From a virus (lineage: Duplodnaviria; Caudoviricetes): a DNA stretch of 64,000 nucleotides. The position numbers and the translations under genes were made by a program. This document shows positions 1 through 8,510 of the stretch, one piece after another. Numbering within the stretch: the stretch's first letter is position 1; every line of letters begins with the position of its first letter. Location of the stretch: positions 1 to 64,000 of the IMG/VR virus record IMGVR_UViG_3300032038_000052. One strand, given 5' to 3'. The notes under the pieces were generated by a model, which made no database searches, was not told the origin of the DNA, and worked only from the letters and a program-made list of their open reading frames with translations.

Positions 1-85
1 CCACTCATGTGGTTCATCCTCTGGATAGTGGCAAGTTTCATAACCTAAATTCTCGTCATACCAACTATATCCACAATTGAAGCAC

Positions 86-415
86 TTATTCATCTTCGTT
101 TTCCTCCTCTTCATACCAATCTGCCTTAACGAACTGCTCTTTGTCGGGGTCATATTCTTCTCCACTACAACACCATTCTGCCTTGATTAGCTGAATGATT
201 TCATCCTGCGTGCATTCCCTCACCACCTCTCTAGCTGCACGGATAATTGCTCTGCAAAAACCTTCAGTCATCAATGCGTTTCCTTCGACCTCTGCAATCT
301 GTTCATCTGTGATTTCCTTTATCACACTCTGTCCTTTGTCAAGGATATAACTGATAATCATTACATACGGCACATTGAATGCTACACGATTACAGATATC
401 TTTTGCTTTTAACAT
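86..415 (-). CDS. hypothetical early protein (109 aa)
   Basis: ORF with SD-like AAGGAGG upstream, TAA stop, in a tightly packed minus-strand array. Confidence 0.75.
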   Translation of the reverse strand: MLKAKDICNRVAFNVPYVMIISYILDKGQSVIKEITDEQIAEVEGNALMTEGFCRAIIRAAREVVRECTQDEIIQLIKAEWCCSGEEYDPDKEQFVKADWYEEEENEDE

Positions 416-431
416 TGGTTTTCCTCCTTAT

Positions 432-809
432 TTATTCCCACGTTGATATGTAATTTTTAATCTCTGTGTTTAGGGCAGAGATATCTTTCCATACGGGTGT
501 CCCATACCACTGATACTCGTTTTTCGTTTTCCATATATGTTTACTGATTTTGTTCGGATGATACATATCTTGTGGGGATTCAAACACATCTGCGAACTTC
601 AAGATACATGTATCAATGATGCCATGCGTTTTGCTTACAACGCACAACTTAATGGCGTCATACTGTTCATGACACCATGTTTCACAAAGAGATACTTTTA
701 CTCTGCGATCATCATCAAGCCTAACGACAATCGTGTTTCCGTTTGTGGTTGAAGCAAAATCATCATAGTCAATGAAAATGGTCTTAAGTCTATCTAACAA
801 AGTCTTCAT
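432..809 (-). CDS. hypothetical early protein
   Basis: Start reassigned to MKTLLDRLK (ATG at 809, AAGGAGG upstream); TAA stop. Confidence 0.7.
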   Translation of the reverse strand: MKTLLDRLKTIFIDYDDFASTTNGNTIVVRLDDDRRVKVSLCETWCHEQYDAIKLCVVSKTHGIIDTCILKFADVFESPQDMYHPNKISKHIWKTKNEYQWYGTPVWKDISALNTEIKNYISTWE

Positions 810-831
810 GTCATTTCCTCCTTGGTTTTGA

Positions 832-1239
832 TTAGTACAAATCACAGAACAACCCACGTTCTCTTGTGTACCCGCTTGCCTGGATAATGGTGTTCTCGTC
901 TTCATTGACGATTACGTTGTTCACCCCCTCCCATTTAATTTCCTTTGCATTATCGATTGTATCTTTAAGTACAAATATGTACTCTGTGTAGTGTTTCCCT
1001 GTATGAGAAATCTCCCCATAGTTCCCTTGAGTGTGATATATTGTATCAACACCAATCCTTTTAGCATCCTCTGCGGAGATTTCTGTTAAGATACCATTGT
1101 TGTAGCTTTGACAAGCTTCAGTATAAACATTGATATCTTCATAATCGGCAAGATCCCCGCTTTCTTTAAGATTATTAAAATCCTTTTCAAGCTGTTCGCT
1201 TGTAACAAGCTCAAAATTATCTGTTTTGTAAAACTTCAT
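832..1239 (-). CDS. hypothetical early protein (135 aa)
   Basis: ORF in packed array, acidic composition, TAA stop. Confidence 0.75.
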   Translation of the reverse strand: MKFYKTDNFELVTSEQLEKDFNNLKESGDLADYEDINVYTEACQSYNNGILTEISAEDAKRIGVDTIYHTQGNYGEISHTGKHYTEYIFVLKDTIDNAKEIKWEGVNNVIVNEDENTIIQASGYTRERGLFCDLY

Positions 1240-1245
1240 ATTGAT

Positions 1246-1473
1246 TCACCTCATTAATTCAGCATAAAGTGCATCTCTACACTCTTCATCTGTGAGTTCC
1301 CTTATCTGATTTCTACCATATAAATAATCTCCAAAATGACTATGTACAGTGTAATCAGTTTCATAGGTTGCATGGTGCTCAATCTTGGTAACAACTCCAA
1401 TCTCGCCGAATGTGTTTTCTGTTGATCCATCTGGATGATCCACAATAACCATCACTATTGTTCCAATTAACAT
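1246..1473 (-). CDS. hypothetical early protein (75 aa)
   Basis: ORF in packed array, TGA stop. Confidence 0.7.
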   Translation of the reverse strand: MLIGTIVMVIVDHPDGSTENTFGEIGVVTKIEHHATYETDYTVHSHFGDYLYGRNQIRELTDEECRDALYAELMR

Positions 1474-1477
1474 TATT

Positions 1478-1669
1478 TTACCCCTTCTCTTCTAATTTCT
1501 TAGCAAGATACTTGATTGCGTCTGCGAGTTCTACAAAGTAATGTCCTTGCCCCCAACAACCATTGTCTTCGTTGTATGCCCAAGCTGCTACCCAAGGGGT
1601 TACTGAGTTCTCTTCCCAATGAACAAGTACATAGTCAATTTCTGGAAGCTTAATTACAATTTTTTTCAT
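1478..1669 (-). CDS. hypothetical early protein (63 aa)
   Basis: RBS AAAGGAG, TAA stop; Trp-rich WVAAWAY..WGQGHYF motif. Confidence 0.7.
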   Translation of the reverse strand: MKKIVIKLPEIDYVLVHWEENSVTPWVAAWAYNEDNGCWGQGHYFVELADAIKYLAKKLEEKG

Positions 1670-1686
1670 ACTATAATCTCCTTTAC

Positions 1687-1956
1687 TTAATAATTCATAA
1701 TAAGAGCACCAATTGGCTTGTGCCCTTTTACCTCGTATATTTCAATCATATCCATATATGAATTGTCCAACCTTACACGACGGCGGTCGGATGTAGTGAG
1801 AAATCCGATTTCCTTTAGGTAATTCAAGATATCTTTCTCTGTTGCGTCTTCTGTGATGTGAAGATCATTAAACTCTATACAAGAGTTATTGACTTCCCAT
1901 CCATCTTTTGCGTTCCCCCATACATCGAAGTAATTTCTAAGCGTATAAGTCATCAT
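1687..1956 (-). CDS. hypothetical early protein, paralog A (YFDVWGN..GWEVN family)
   Basis: Clear sequence similarity to 2899-3162. Confidence 0.8.
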   Translation of the reverse strand: MMTYTLRNYFDVWGNAKDGWEVNNSCIEFNDLHITEDATEKDILNYLKEIGFLTTSDRRRVRLDNSYMDMIEIYEVKGHKPIGALIMNY

Positions 1957-1969
1957 TTTAATTCCTCTC

Positions 1970-2185
1970 TTAGATATGACTACTAACTATCTCACCTGTC
2001 TTTTCATCATAATACTCAATCCGAAATGTGTTTGGGTTCATTCTTACTGCAATTCCAGGAGCATGTTCTCTTTCGGCACGCTTCATTGCCTCATGCTCCG
2101 ATTCAGTGATTTTTGTGGGATACATCAAGTGAAGATGCCCCATCTCCTGTTCTAATGCTTCACCAAGTGTTTTGGGTTTTCTCAT
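1970..2185 (-). CDS. hypothetical early protein (71 aa)
   Basis: ORF in packed array, TAA stop. Confidence 0.65.
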   Translation of the reverse strand: MRKPKTLGEALEQEMGHLHLMYPTKITESEHEAMKRAEREHAPGIAVRMNPNTFRIEYYDEKTGEIVSSHI

Positions 2186-2189
2186 ATAA

Positions 2190-2540
2190 TCACTCCATTT
2201 CTATATCGTATCCAAGCCTTTGGGTAATAACGTCAATAACCTCCGCATCAAAAATTGCGATGGCTTCCTGTTCTCTTTTCTTGCTTGCCCGATTAACTGG
2301 GAGAATGAGTTCATATGCGCTTGGGGACTTGTCACCCAAGCAGTAACAACACATGATGGCATCATCTAATCCATCACATTTCATCGTGTATTTCCCGGAT
2401 CTGTGGATGTTCCAGTAGTACCCTTTGCCTTTTTCGTAACCGAGACATGCAGTTACATAGTTGTCTGTTGTTATCTTGAACACCTCATCTTCCTTTGGTG
2501 TTCCTTTAATATGAAACTCTGCCTGCTTAATATATGCCAT
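2190..2540 (-). CDS. hypothetical early protein (116 aa)
   Basis: RBS AGGAGGTG, TGA stop. Confidence 0.75.
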   Translation of the reverse strand: MAYIKQAEFHIKGTPKEDEVFKITTDNYVTACLGYEKGKGYYWNIHRSGKYTMKCDGLDDAIMCCYCLGDKSPSAYELILPVNRASKKREQEAIAIFDAEVIDVITQRLGYDIEME

Positions 2541-2660
2541 TTAACCAATCACCTCCTGAATAAATTAGTATCCCATCTGATAAATCTAGCAGTTCATCTA
2601 TTTTCCGTTGCGGATGTGTCATTATAGTCACAGCATCCGCAACATGTTAATATTTAATTT

Positions 2661-2879
2661 TTATTTATACATCCCAAATTTCTGTTTCGTTTCTTCATCT
2701 CCGTACAGCTGGATGATGTTAAGAATTTTGGATTTTCGTTTTCCCTCACGGTAGTCCATTTTGGTAAGCCACCGTTTTTCTTTGGCTTGCTCGACTTTCC
2801 ATTCCTGATATGGTTTGCATTCAGCGTGGCAACCTACATATCTATTATTGCAATCCTTACAACAACTCACAACACACAT
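2661..2879 (-). CDS. small Cys-rich hypothetical protein
   Basis: CCKDC..RYVGCHAEC..Y..W motif, RBS AAAGGAG. Confidence 0.7.
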   Translation of the reverse strand: MCVVSCCKDCNNRYVGCHAECKPYQEWKVEQAKEKRWLTKMDYREGKRKSKILNIIQLYGDEETKQKFGMYK

Positions 2880-2898
2880 AAAGCAGTCTCCTTTCTAC

Positions 2899-3162
2899 TT
2901 AATAATTCATGTGTAACCCAAACAACGGACGACCAGATTTCCTTTCATTAATTTCAATTAAGTCTCCCCAATCAATCACCTCAAGTCTTCTCATATCAGA
3001 AGTAGCCAACATCTTAATCGATTTTAAGTACTCACAGATTTCCTTTGGTGTTGCATCATCTGCGATTACAATATCATCTGCCTCAATACACTGGTCATTC
3101 ACTTCCCATCCATCATCTTTGTTACCCCAAACATCAAAATAGTTAATCAATGTATACTTCAT
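2899..3162 (-). CDS. hypothetical early protein, paralog B
   Basis: MKYTLINYFDVWGNKDDGWEVND matches 1687-1956. Confidence 0.8.
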   Translation of the reverse strand: MKYTLINYFDVWGNKDDGWEVNDQCIEADDIVIADDATPKEICEYLKSIKMLATSDMRRLEVIDWGDLIEINERKSGRPLFGLHMNY

Positions 3163-3197
3163 TTTATCGCTCCTTTCATCATTAATCCTAGTTTCTA

Positions 3198-3863
3198 TTA
3201 AAGCTTAATCAGTTCCTCAAAGTTCCATTTCTTAGCTTTCCATTCATCGGCGCTTCTGTATAGCTTAGCACCAAGCTTTCTAGCAAATGCAAGCCCATCT
3301 GCTTTCTGCTGAAGTAATCCGTTCCAATCAATGGAGCAAACAGACTCTTCATTGCATCTGCATCCAGTTCCGTTTTCCCTTGAAGGAATGTACTCAATGC
3401 TGAAGTCCCATCCCCAAAAGTCTCCGTTCTGAATATACATGATTACATCTGGCAAAGGAAACACAAAGTTTCCCATGTATAACGCTTCGCTGAAAATCAT
3501 GTAACCGTAATCGTAACCGCTTTCGTGTTTGGTTATATAACACTCGCAGCCATTTGCTTTTGCCATCTGAAGAACTGCTGCAAGGTCGTGGCGACGCTGT
3601 TTATTGCGGATGTAGTAGGGATTTGCCTTCCCAAACATCCACTCAAGCGTTTCGCTTTCAGACGGGATGTAGTTGAAATATCCTGCCTTGTGTATTTCCG
3701 TTGCTACTTCTTGGAGATCCTGCTCTCCGTTGAGGTATCTATCAATGCATGCTTCTTTAACAGTACGAACTTTCATTTCCTTCTCCTTTCTGCCGTCACA
3801 CGGCATCTCCCTGTCAATGTCTCCACAAGCATCAAAATAAACACAGTTTTCACAGATTTTCAT
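3198..3863 (-). CDS. hypothetical early protein
   Basis: Start at MKICENC (AAGGAGG RBS); a second in-frame RBS+ATG at 3776. Confidence 0.7.
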   Translation of the reverse strand: MKICENCVYFDACGDIDREMPCDGRKEKEMKVRTVKEACIDRYLNGEQDLQEVATEIHKAGYFNYIPSESETLEWMFGKANPYYIRNKQRRHDLAAVLQMAKANGCECYITKHESGYDYGYMIFSEALYMGNFVFPLPDVIMYIQNGDFWGWDFSIEYIPSRENGTGCRCNEESVCSIDWNGLLQQKADGLAFARKLGAKLYRSADEWKAKKWNFEELIKL

Positions 3864-3877
3864 TTCGCTTCTCCTCC

Positions 3878-4111
3878 TTAAATTTTTTTCCATTTCGGTT
3901 TAATCCCGAACCGCTCAAACAACTCAGAATCCATTGCCAAGTCTTTGTTCAACCACTCGATGAAGCGGTATACAAGTTTGCTTTCTTTGTATTCAACTCC
4001 ATCAAGCTTGTCCAAGGAATATTCATGTGTATCAAAATTCTGATACACATATTTCCGTTTGCCCGACTTGCCCTGTTTGGACATATAAGCAAATACATTT
4101 ACACCATCCAT
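3878..4111 (-). CDS. hypothetical early protein (77 aa)
   Basis: RBS GGAGGGA, TAA stop. Confidence 0.65.
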   Translation of the reverse strand: MDGVNVFAYMSKQGKSGKRKYVYQNFDTHEYSLDKLDGVEYKESKLVYRFIEWLNKDLAMDSELFERFGIKPKWKKI

Positions 4112-4126
4112 ACTACTTTTCCCTCC

Positions 4127-4342
4127 TTAAACTACATATCCGCCACCCTGGCGCTCTGTAATTCCGTACTTGATGCAAGCAAAAAGGAATTCGCTTGCTG
4201 TTTCAACAGAGATTTCCATATGGTCGGCAATCAGTTCAGCCGACATAATCCCGTGAGTGCTCTTTGTGTCGGGGTCACCCCACAGAGTGCCCATGAGATC
4301 CCGCCAAAACTCCCTTGCTTTTGCTTCTGTCATAATTTTCAT
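4127..4342 (-). CDS. hypothetical early protein (71 aa), possible HTH
   Basis: SAELIADHMEISVETA helix-turn-helix-like pattern; RBS AGGAGG. Confidence 0.6.
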   Translation of the reverse strand: MKIMTEAKAREFWRDLMGTLWGDPDTKSTHGIMSAELIADHMEISVETASEFLFACIKYGITERQGGGYVV

Positions 4343-4423
4343 TTCCCTCCTTTTGCTTTGTTCATGGTTACATCCTCACCGCCAAAGTTTCCCTTGACGG
4401 CAAGGTCTAATCACAAATGTTTT

Positions 4424-4861
4424 TTACAAGATAATGTCAAACCTATCGCTAACATCATCAATCCATCTTGTAAATGGATTGTAGACACAATAGGTTACAA
4501 TTGTATCTCCTTTATGGACTTTTCCCTTGAGGCATTTGTAACTAATGTAACCACCATTGCTACTTACACCATCAAGACGGTTATTGATTACTCTGCCAAC
4601 AATTCGCTCAATATAGAGCGTTTTGTCTTTTCTTGACCACAGTTTTCTAGCGGTCAACTTTCCCTCGGAAACAATCCTTACTTCCCCTCTGAAATGGTGG
4701 TATTTGCGGTATGTCTTACCGCACCATTTTATTTTTGTTGCGTCCCCATGCTGTGTAATGCGGATTGTATACCCATTGATGGTTTCCGTTGCGACCGTTT
4801 TTGCATAGGTCGGCGATCCCAACATAAGGATAAAAACACAGATGGTTATTAATTTTTTCAT
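4424..4861 (-). CDS. secreted/membrane-anchored hypothetical protein
   Basis: N-terminal MKKLITICVFILMLGSPTYA signal-peptide pattern; RBS AAGGAGG. Confidence 0.7.
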   Translation of the reverse strand: MKKLITICVFILMLGSPTYAKTVATETINGYTIRITQHGDATKIKWCGKTYRKYHHFRGEVRIVSEGKLTARKLWSRKDKTLYIERIVGRVINNRLDGVSSNGGYISYKCLKGKVHKGDTIVTYCVYNPFTRWIDDVSDRFDIIL

Positions 4862-4873
4862 AGCTTTTCCTCC

Positions 4874-5068
4874 TTATCTAGCTTTCATGCACCTCATCGG
4901 TGCATTATCCGTGTAATCAGATCCTGCGCAAATCATATACATGCAGTTTGCGCAGTAACAGGAACTTTTACAGGTTTCCTTTGCCTTTTTACAAGAGGGA
5001 TATCCCTCCTTCTCAAGGTCTTCATCGCATCCAAAGTAGACATTGTTCATAATCGCATTCCTTTTCAT
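4874..5068 (-). CDS. small Cys-rich protein
   Basis: Multiple CxxC-like motifs in 64 aa, RBS AAAAGGAG. Confidence 0.6.
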   Translation of the reverse strand: MKRNAIMNNVYFGCDEDLEKEGYPSCKKAKETCKSSCYCANCMYMICAGSDYTDNAPMRCMKAR

Positions 5069-5146
5069 AGTTTTTTTCTCCTTTTGCTAGATATTCATGG
5101 TTACAAGAATGCCCACAAGCACACTTCCCTTGTAGGCACAATCTAA

Positions 5147-5410
5147 TCATGAATTCATCATTTCTGCGATGATGTTGCCGAGATTTTCAAGTTCCTCACC
5201 GCTGAGGGTGATTCCCTTGGCGCAGATTTCTTCGCCCTGGTCGTTTACCTTCCACGGGCGAAGGTCATAAACAGGGTCACGACCGTTCCACTGCATGTAA
5301 CGCAGTTTTAATGCATATCCGCCTTTCCGTTCCTGGATAGTACCGCACTCTTCGAGTACGGTGTAGTTGATTTCGTTTTCCTTTTTTGTAGCGTTCTTAA
5401 TAATAGCCAT
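5147..5410 (-). CDS. PC4/YdbC-family ssDNA-binding protein
   Basis: KLRYMQWNGRDPVYDLRPW...KGITLS.EEL..L matches the bacterial PC4 (YdbC) pattern; RBS AAGGAGGT. Confidence 0.8.
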   Translation of the reverse strand: MAIIKNATKKENEINYTVLEECGTIQERKGGYALKLRYMQWNGRDPVYDLRPWKVNDQGEEICAKGITLSGEELENLGNIIAEMMNS

Positions 5411-5554
5411 TCTAGCTACCTCCTTATTTAATATTTAGTTATTAGTTTACATACACATGATATCAAAATGTCCCGCTAGTCCCCATAGGACTATGAAACA
5501 TACAACCATTACGCAGAGATAAATCTTTTCCCTCATTTCGTTTCCTTTCTTATC

Positions 5555-5959
5555 TTATGAATGCATCATTGCAACCCACGCTGCGTCTGCGGAATAAAAT
5601 CCGAGCAGATGCGCTGCGGCCTCCTTATCCATTCCGTCTACTTTTCCGAGGGACTTGCATCCAATAATTTTTCCTTCTGAGTCACGGACGGACTCATTCG
5701 GGATGAACACATCATCCCTGTCAACACATCTCTGTGCGACAAGGGATGAAACAACATATACAGTTTCCTCCTGCGGTGCTGGAAGATCCACGACATCCGA
5801 ATATACGGATTTTGTTACAGGAATACCTGCGATTTCGCCGATTGTCTCGGTCTTTACCGAAACCCGTGCGATAGTTCCCGATGGCTCTACGGACATAAGC
5901 GGAGAACCATCAGCAGTACAAAAGTCAATTCTGTGCGGGGTAAGATTCACAATCTTCAT
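5555..5959 (-). CDS. NLTPH-motif protein, putative Crn4-like ring nuclease
   Basis: MKIVNLTPH..., PSG..AR, LP.P....YVVS, D...P....RD..G.IIGC pattern; family assignment recalled, not searched. Confidence 0.5.
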   Translation of the reverse strand: MKIVNLTPHRIDFCTADGSPLMSVEPSGTIARVSVKTETIGEIAGIPVTKSVYSDVVDLPAPQEETVYVVSSLVAQRCVDRDDVFIPNESVRDSEGKIIGCKSLGKVDGMDKEAAAHLLGFYSADAAWVAMMHS

Positions 5960-6096
5960 GTTTTTTCCTCCTAAATATATGTTTTAATATTTTGATTACA
6001 CCCCTATCCAACCACTGAAGAGCCACGTTCTCTGCAATGGTCGTAGCTTTGGGGCAGAAAGCATCATAATACTTAAGAATAGTATACTTGATGCAA

Positions 6097-6211
6097 TGAG
6101 AGCACAAGGACTCGAACCTTGCCACCAAATTTGGGATAGTTCCCCAAAACCAAATAAACCCAAAGATAATATCATCCTTGGGTTTATTGTGTGTACCAAA
6201 TATTTACTCTC
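6097..6211 (-). ncRNA. tRNA-like element with expanded central arms
   Basis: Minus strand: acceptor GAGAGTA/TGCTCTC + A73, T-arm CAAGG-TTCGAGT-CCTTG, D-like TATT-TGGTACACAC-AATA; no canonical 7-nt anticodon loop. Confidence 0.55.
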
Positions 6212-7460
6212 ATAAATGCTATGGTTATTTTACCCACTTATAGCCTTTGCTATTCCTCATCGGATTTATAGTCGGTTTGGTCGTTCTCATCTCTCATTCG
6301 ACTTTGTATAACCCAACCCCCACCATAGTAAGGGTGCTAGGTTAACGGACTTTCACTCGTCAGACTCCTAGATGGATTGCCTGGTTATCCCAATTACACC
6401 GCTGTCGGATTTGAAGAGAGTGGTATCCCACTAGCGACTCCACACAAACTAGCGTCCATGCTTCACAGTCTCCCACCTATTCTGTACATCATTCGCATCC
6501 TTGTGCCAATGAACTAGGCATAATATTGTCCTCTGCTAGACAACTTCTACATGTTGCGTGACATTATTCACCACAGGTTTTCACCACTGCGGAGTTGTTC
6601 CTATGCACAGCTTTATTCGCTTAAACGTCCCCTTATCCCATGAGTACGTATGCACGTATCTATACTTCTGTAACTTTACCGCCTTACGTCATCAACGAAA
6701 ACCAAGCATATACAAAGGTGGTTCTTCACAGCCTATCACCCCAAAATGCAGGGTTAATGAATGCTTGCTAGTTCTATGTGCTCATGCACATACAGAGCTA
6801 GTCAGTCTTAATGCTCGTACTTCTCCGACCGCATTTATCTCGTCACAGAATAATATTCCGCCACGCCTGTTATGTGCTGACCATACCTACCCCTCGGCAC
6901 AGTATGATCCCCTGTCATTCCTCGCAAAACCGCAGAGAGAAATCGGGAATAGACCCCCACACACCGTGGAGTTACCCACGTTGGATTTGATACGCATAGT
7001 CACGCTTGTGGGCATGAAAATACGCATGGTTCGTGTCACGGCTACTCTACACCGTCACGTTATAGACTACGCCCTATCCTGGCACACTGTGCACAAAGCT
7101 CTCACTCCGACCAAATGTCGTCACACAGTAGCCCCACCGCAACAGAATTACCCATACACGGCTGTGCCAATACCGCCTAAGCGCACGGTATTATACGGCT
7201 GCAGAAGCTTCCCCTTTTCGGACATAGCCACGCCTATGATTTTGTCAAGGTGCGATTTCACCCATCTTAACCGAATACATCCCCAAATCAGCGGTTTTGA
7301 AGCGCACGTTCACAAGTGACACCGCCAAATACATACAGGCTAATCCTGCTGACATTCGCAGACATGCCGACAAACACTTTTACAGATACTTGACCATGCT
7401 AAATCATGCAGACATCCTGTGTCCATCCTTATGCGCACAACCCCCATAAAATCGGGAAAC
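6212..7460 (-). ncRNA. large structured ncRNA (~1.25 kb; GOLLD-like candidate)
   Basis: No credible sense ORF, G-rich minus strand, many hairpins (e.g. 6768-6801, 7171-7190), preceded by a boxA-like site, followed by a tRNA-like element; boundaries approximate. Confidence 0.65.
6417..6489 (-). ncRNA. 23S rRNA L1-stalk (H76-H78) mimic embedded in the ncRNA
   Basis: Minus strand TGTACAGAATAGGTGGGAGACTGTGAAGCATGGACGCTAGTTTGTGTGGAGTCGCTAGTGGGATACCACTCT follows the conserved bacterial 23S GGATAGGTGGGAG..TGAAG..H78..TGGGATACCAC pattern; flanks are not rRNA. Confidence 0.8.
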
Positions 7461-7464
7461 GCAG

Positions 7465-7484
7465 TATTCGATTGTCAATGTGCG
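7465..7484 (-). promoter_or_regulatory. boxA-like antitermination element 2
   Basis: CGCACATTGACAATCGAATA, near-identical to 8444-8463; resembles Firmicutes rrn boxA. Confidence 0.55.
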
Positions 7485-7550
7485 ACCCCCTGCCAAAATG
7501 GGCAGGGACGCACCGAGCCTAACGCCTTTTTATACTCGCTCGGTCGAGTC

Positions 7551-7573
7551 TGAATAGTCGGGTGTGAGCATGG
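7551..7573 (-). repeat. 3' arm of long-range inverted repeat (pairs with 8427-8449)
   Basis: CCATG-CTCACACCCGA-C-TATTCA pairs with TGAATA-TCGGGTGTGAG-T-CATGG: 22 bp with two single-nt bulges. Confidence 0.75.
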
Positions 7574-7581
7574 CTTAATTA

Positions 7582-8253
7582 TTACTTATTCTGAGCCTTG
7601 AGAGCCTTTTTCTCGGCTTTGGTCAGAATGTGGATGAACTTGTACTTGGGCAGAATGTCGCCCATGAGGTCGCAAAGCTCGCCCATAAACACGGTTCTCC
7701 ACATGTTCTCAGTCATAGCCTTGTTGTGCTTGCCTGTTTCGGCTTTACTGCTACCTGTGCCCTTGCCCTTGCGGACGCAGTGGTAGAGCGTGTCAAGGGT
7801 ATCCCAAGCGGGAGTCAGCCCCTGTGCAGTAAGCAAGTCCGCAATCGCCTGCGTATAGGCGGATACTCTCCAAGCGCCGTTGTCATCTTCCATGGAAGCC
7901 ACGTAGGACTTATACAGGGTCTTCCCAAAGATAGCGGTAACCTTGGACACAGCCTTTTCCTGCTCTGCCTGCCAATCAGACAGACGTTTCTCAGACTCAC
8001 GGATATTCTGCTCCATCTGCGCAATCTGATCCTCATAGTACGCCTTGTCGTGGATACCGAAAGACTTCTTGTCAATCAGCTCAAGATTGGTCGCAATGAT
8101 ACCCTTGGCGTTGGCGACTTCCTGCGCTTTCTTCTTGCGCAAGTCAGCAAGTTCGAAGTCGAAGATATGCCAAATAGCCATAGTGTCACGGAATGCCTTG
8201 GCGGACTTAACGTTAAAGTTAACCTTGCCTGCGTTGATAGTTGTGTTAGTCAT
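7582..8253 (-). CDS. first early protein (223 aa), coiled-coil/basic, function unknown
   Basis: Start reassigned to MTNTT (ATG 8253, AGAAAGTGAGG RBS); GC-rich, strongly biased codons; TAA stop. Confidence 0.8.
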   Translation of the reverse strand: MTNTTINAGKVNFNVKSAKAFRDTMAIWHIFDFELADLRKKKAQEVANAKGIIATNLELIDKKSFGIHDKAYYEDQIAQMEQNIRESEKRLSDWQAEQEKAVSKVTAIFGKTLYKSYVASMEDDNGAWRVSAYTQAIADLLTAQGLTPAWDTLDTLYHCVRKGKGTGSSKAETGKHNKAMTENMWRTVFMGELCDLMGDILPKYKFIHILTKAEKKALKAQNK

Positions 8254-8426
8254 AGTAATCCTCACTTTCTGCCCACTTTTGGGGCTGTGTAAAATTTGTG
8301 TGATAATGCACTCAAAGCGCCGAGAAACAGTGTTACCCATAGTCACCTATGCACCGCAAGTCTTTCTCATACTTGTAACCTCGGACTTGCCATTCAGTTT
8401 CAGACAGTCCCTACTTTGAGTAAGTC

Positions 8427-8449
8427 CCATGACTCACACCCGATATTCA
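8427..8449 (-). repeat. 5' arm of long-range inverted repeat
   Basis: Complementary to 7551-7573; overlaps the boxA-like element, as rrn processing stems do. Confidence 0.75.
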
Positions 8450-8463
8450 ATTTTCAATGTGCG
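8444..8463 (-). promoter_or_regulatory. boxA-like antitermination element 1
   Basis: CGCACATTGAAAATTGAATA about 40 nt downstream of the predicted TSS. Confidence 0.6.
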
Positions 8464-8510
8464 CTGTCCGAACCGCTCGGCTTGTGTTCCGTTCGTTTCG
8501 AACTGTCATC

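Noticed and set aside
6345-6365. CTGACGAG..GAAA hammerhead-like core
   Set aside because: No room for stem II between CUGACGA and GAAA
6378-6410. GGGATAACCAGGC and CGACAGCGGTGT (minus) resembling peptidyl-transferase-centre sequences
   Set aside because: Short, imperfect and in the reverse order relative to 23S; could be chance. Worth rechecking only if cmsearch extends the hit
6417-6489. Annotation as an rRNA gene
   Set aside because: Only ~75 nt resemble 23S; the flanks do not continue as rRNA
6558-7319. 253-aa plus-strand ORF
   Set aside because: Pro/His/Thr/Cys-rich composition typical of the antisense of a G-rich structured RNA; no RBS; opposite to the operon direction
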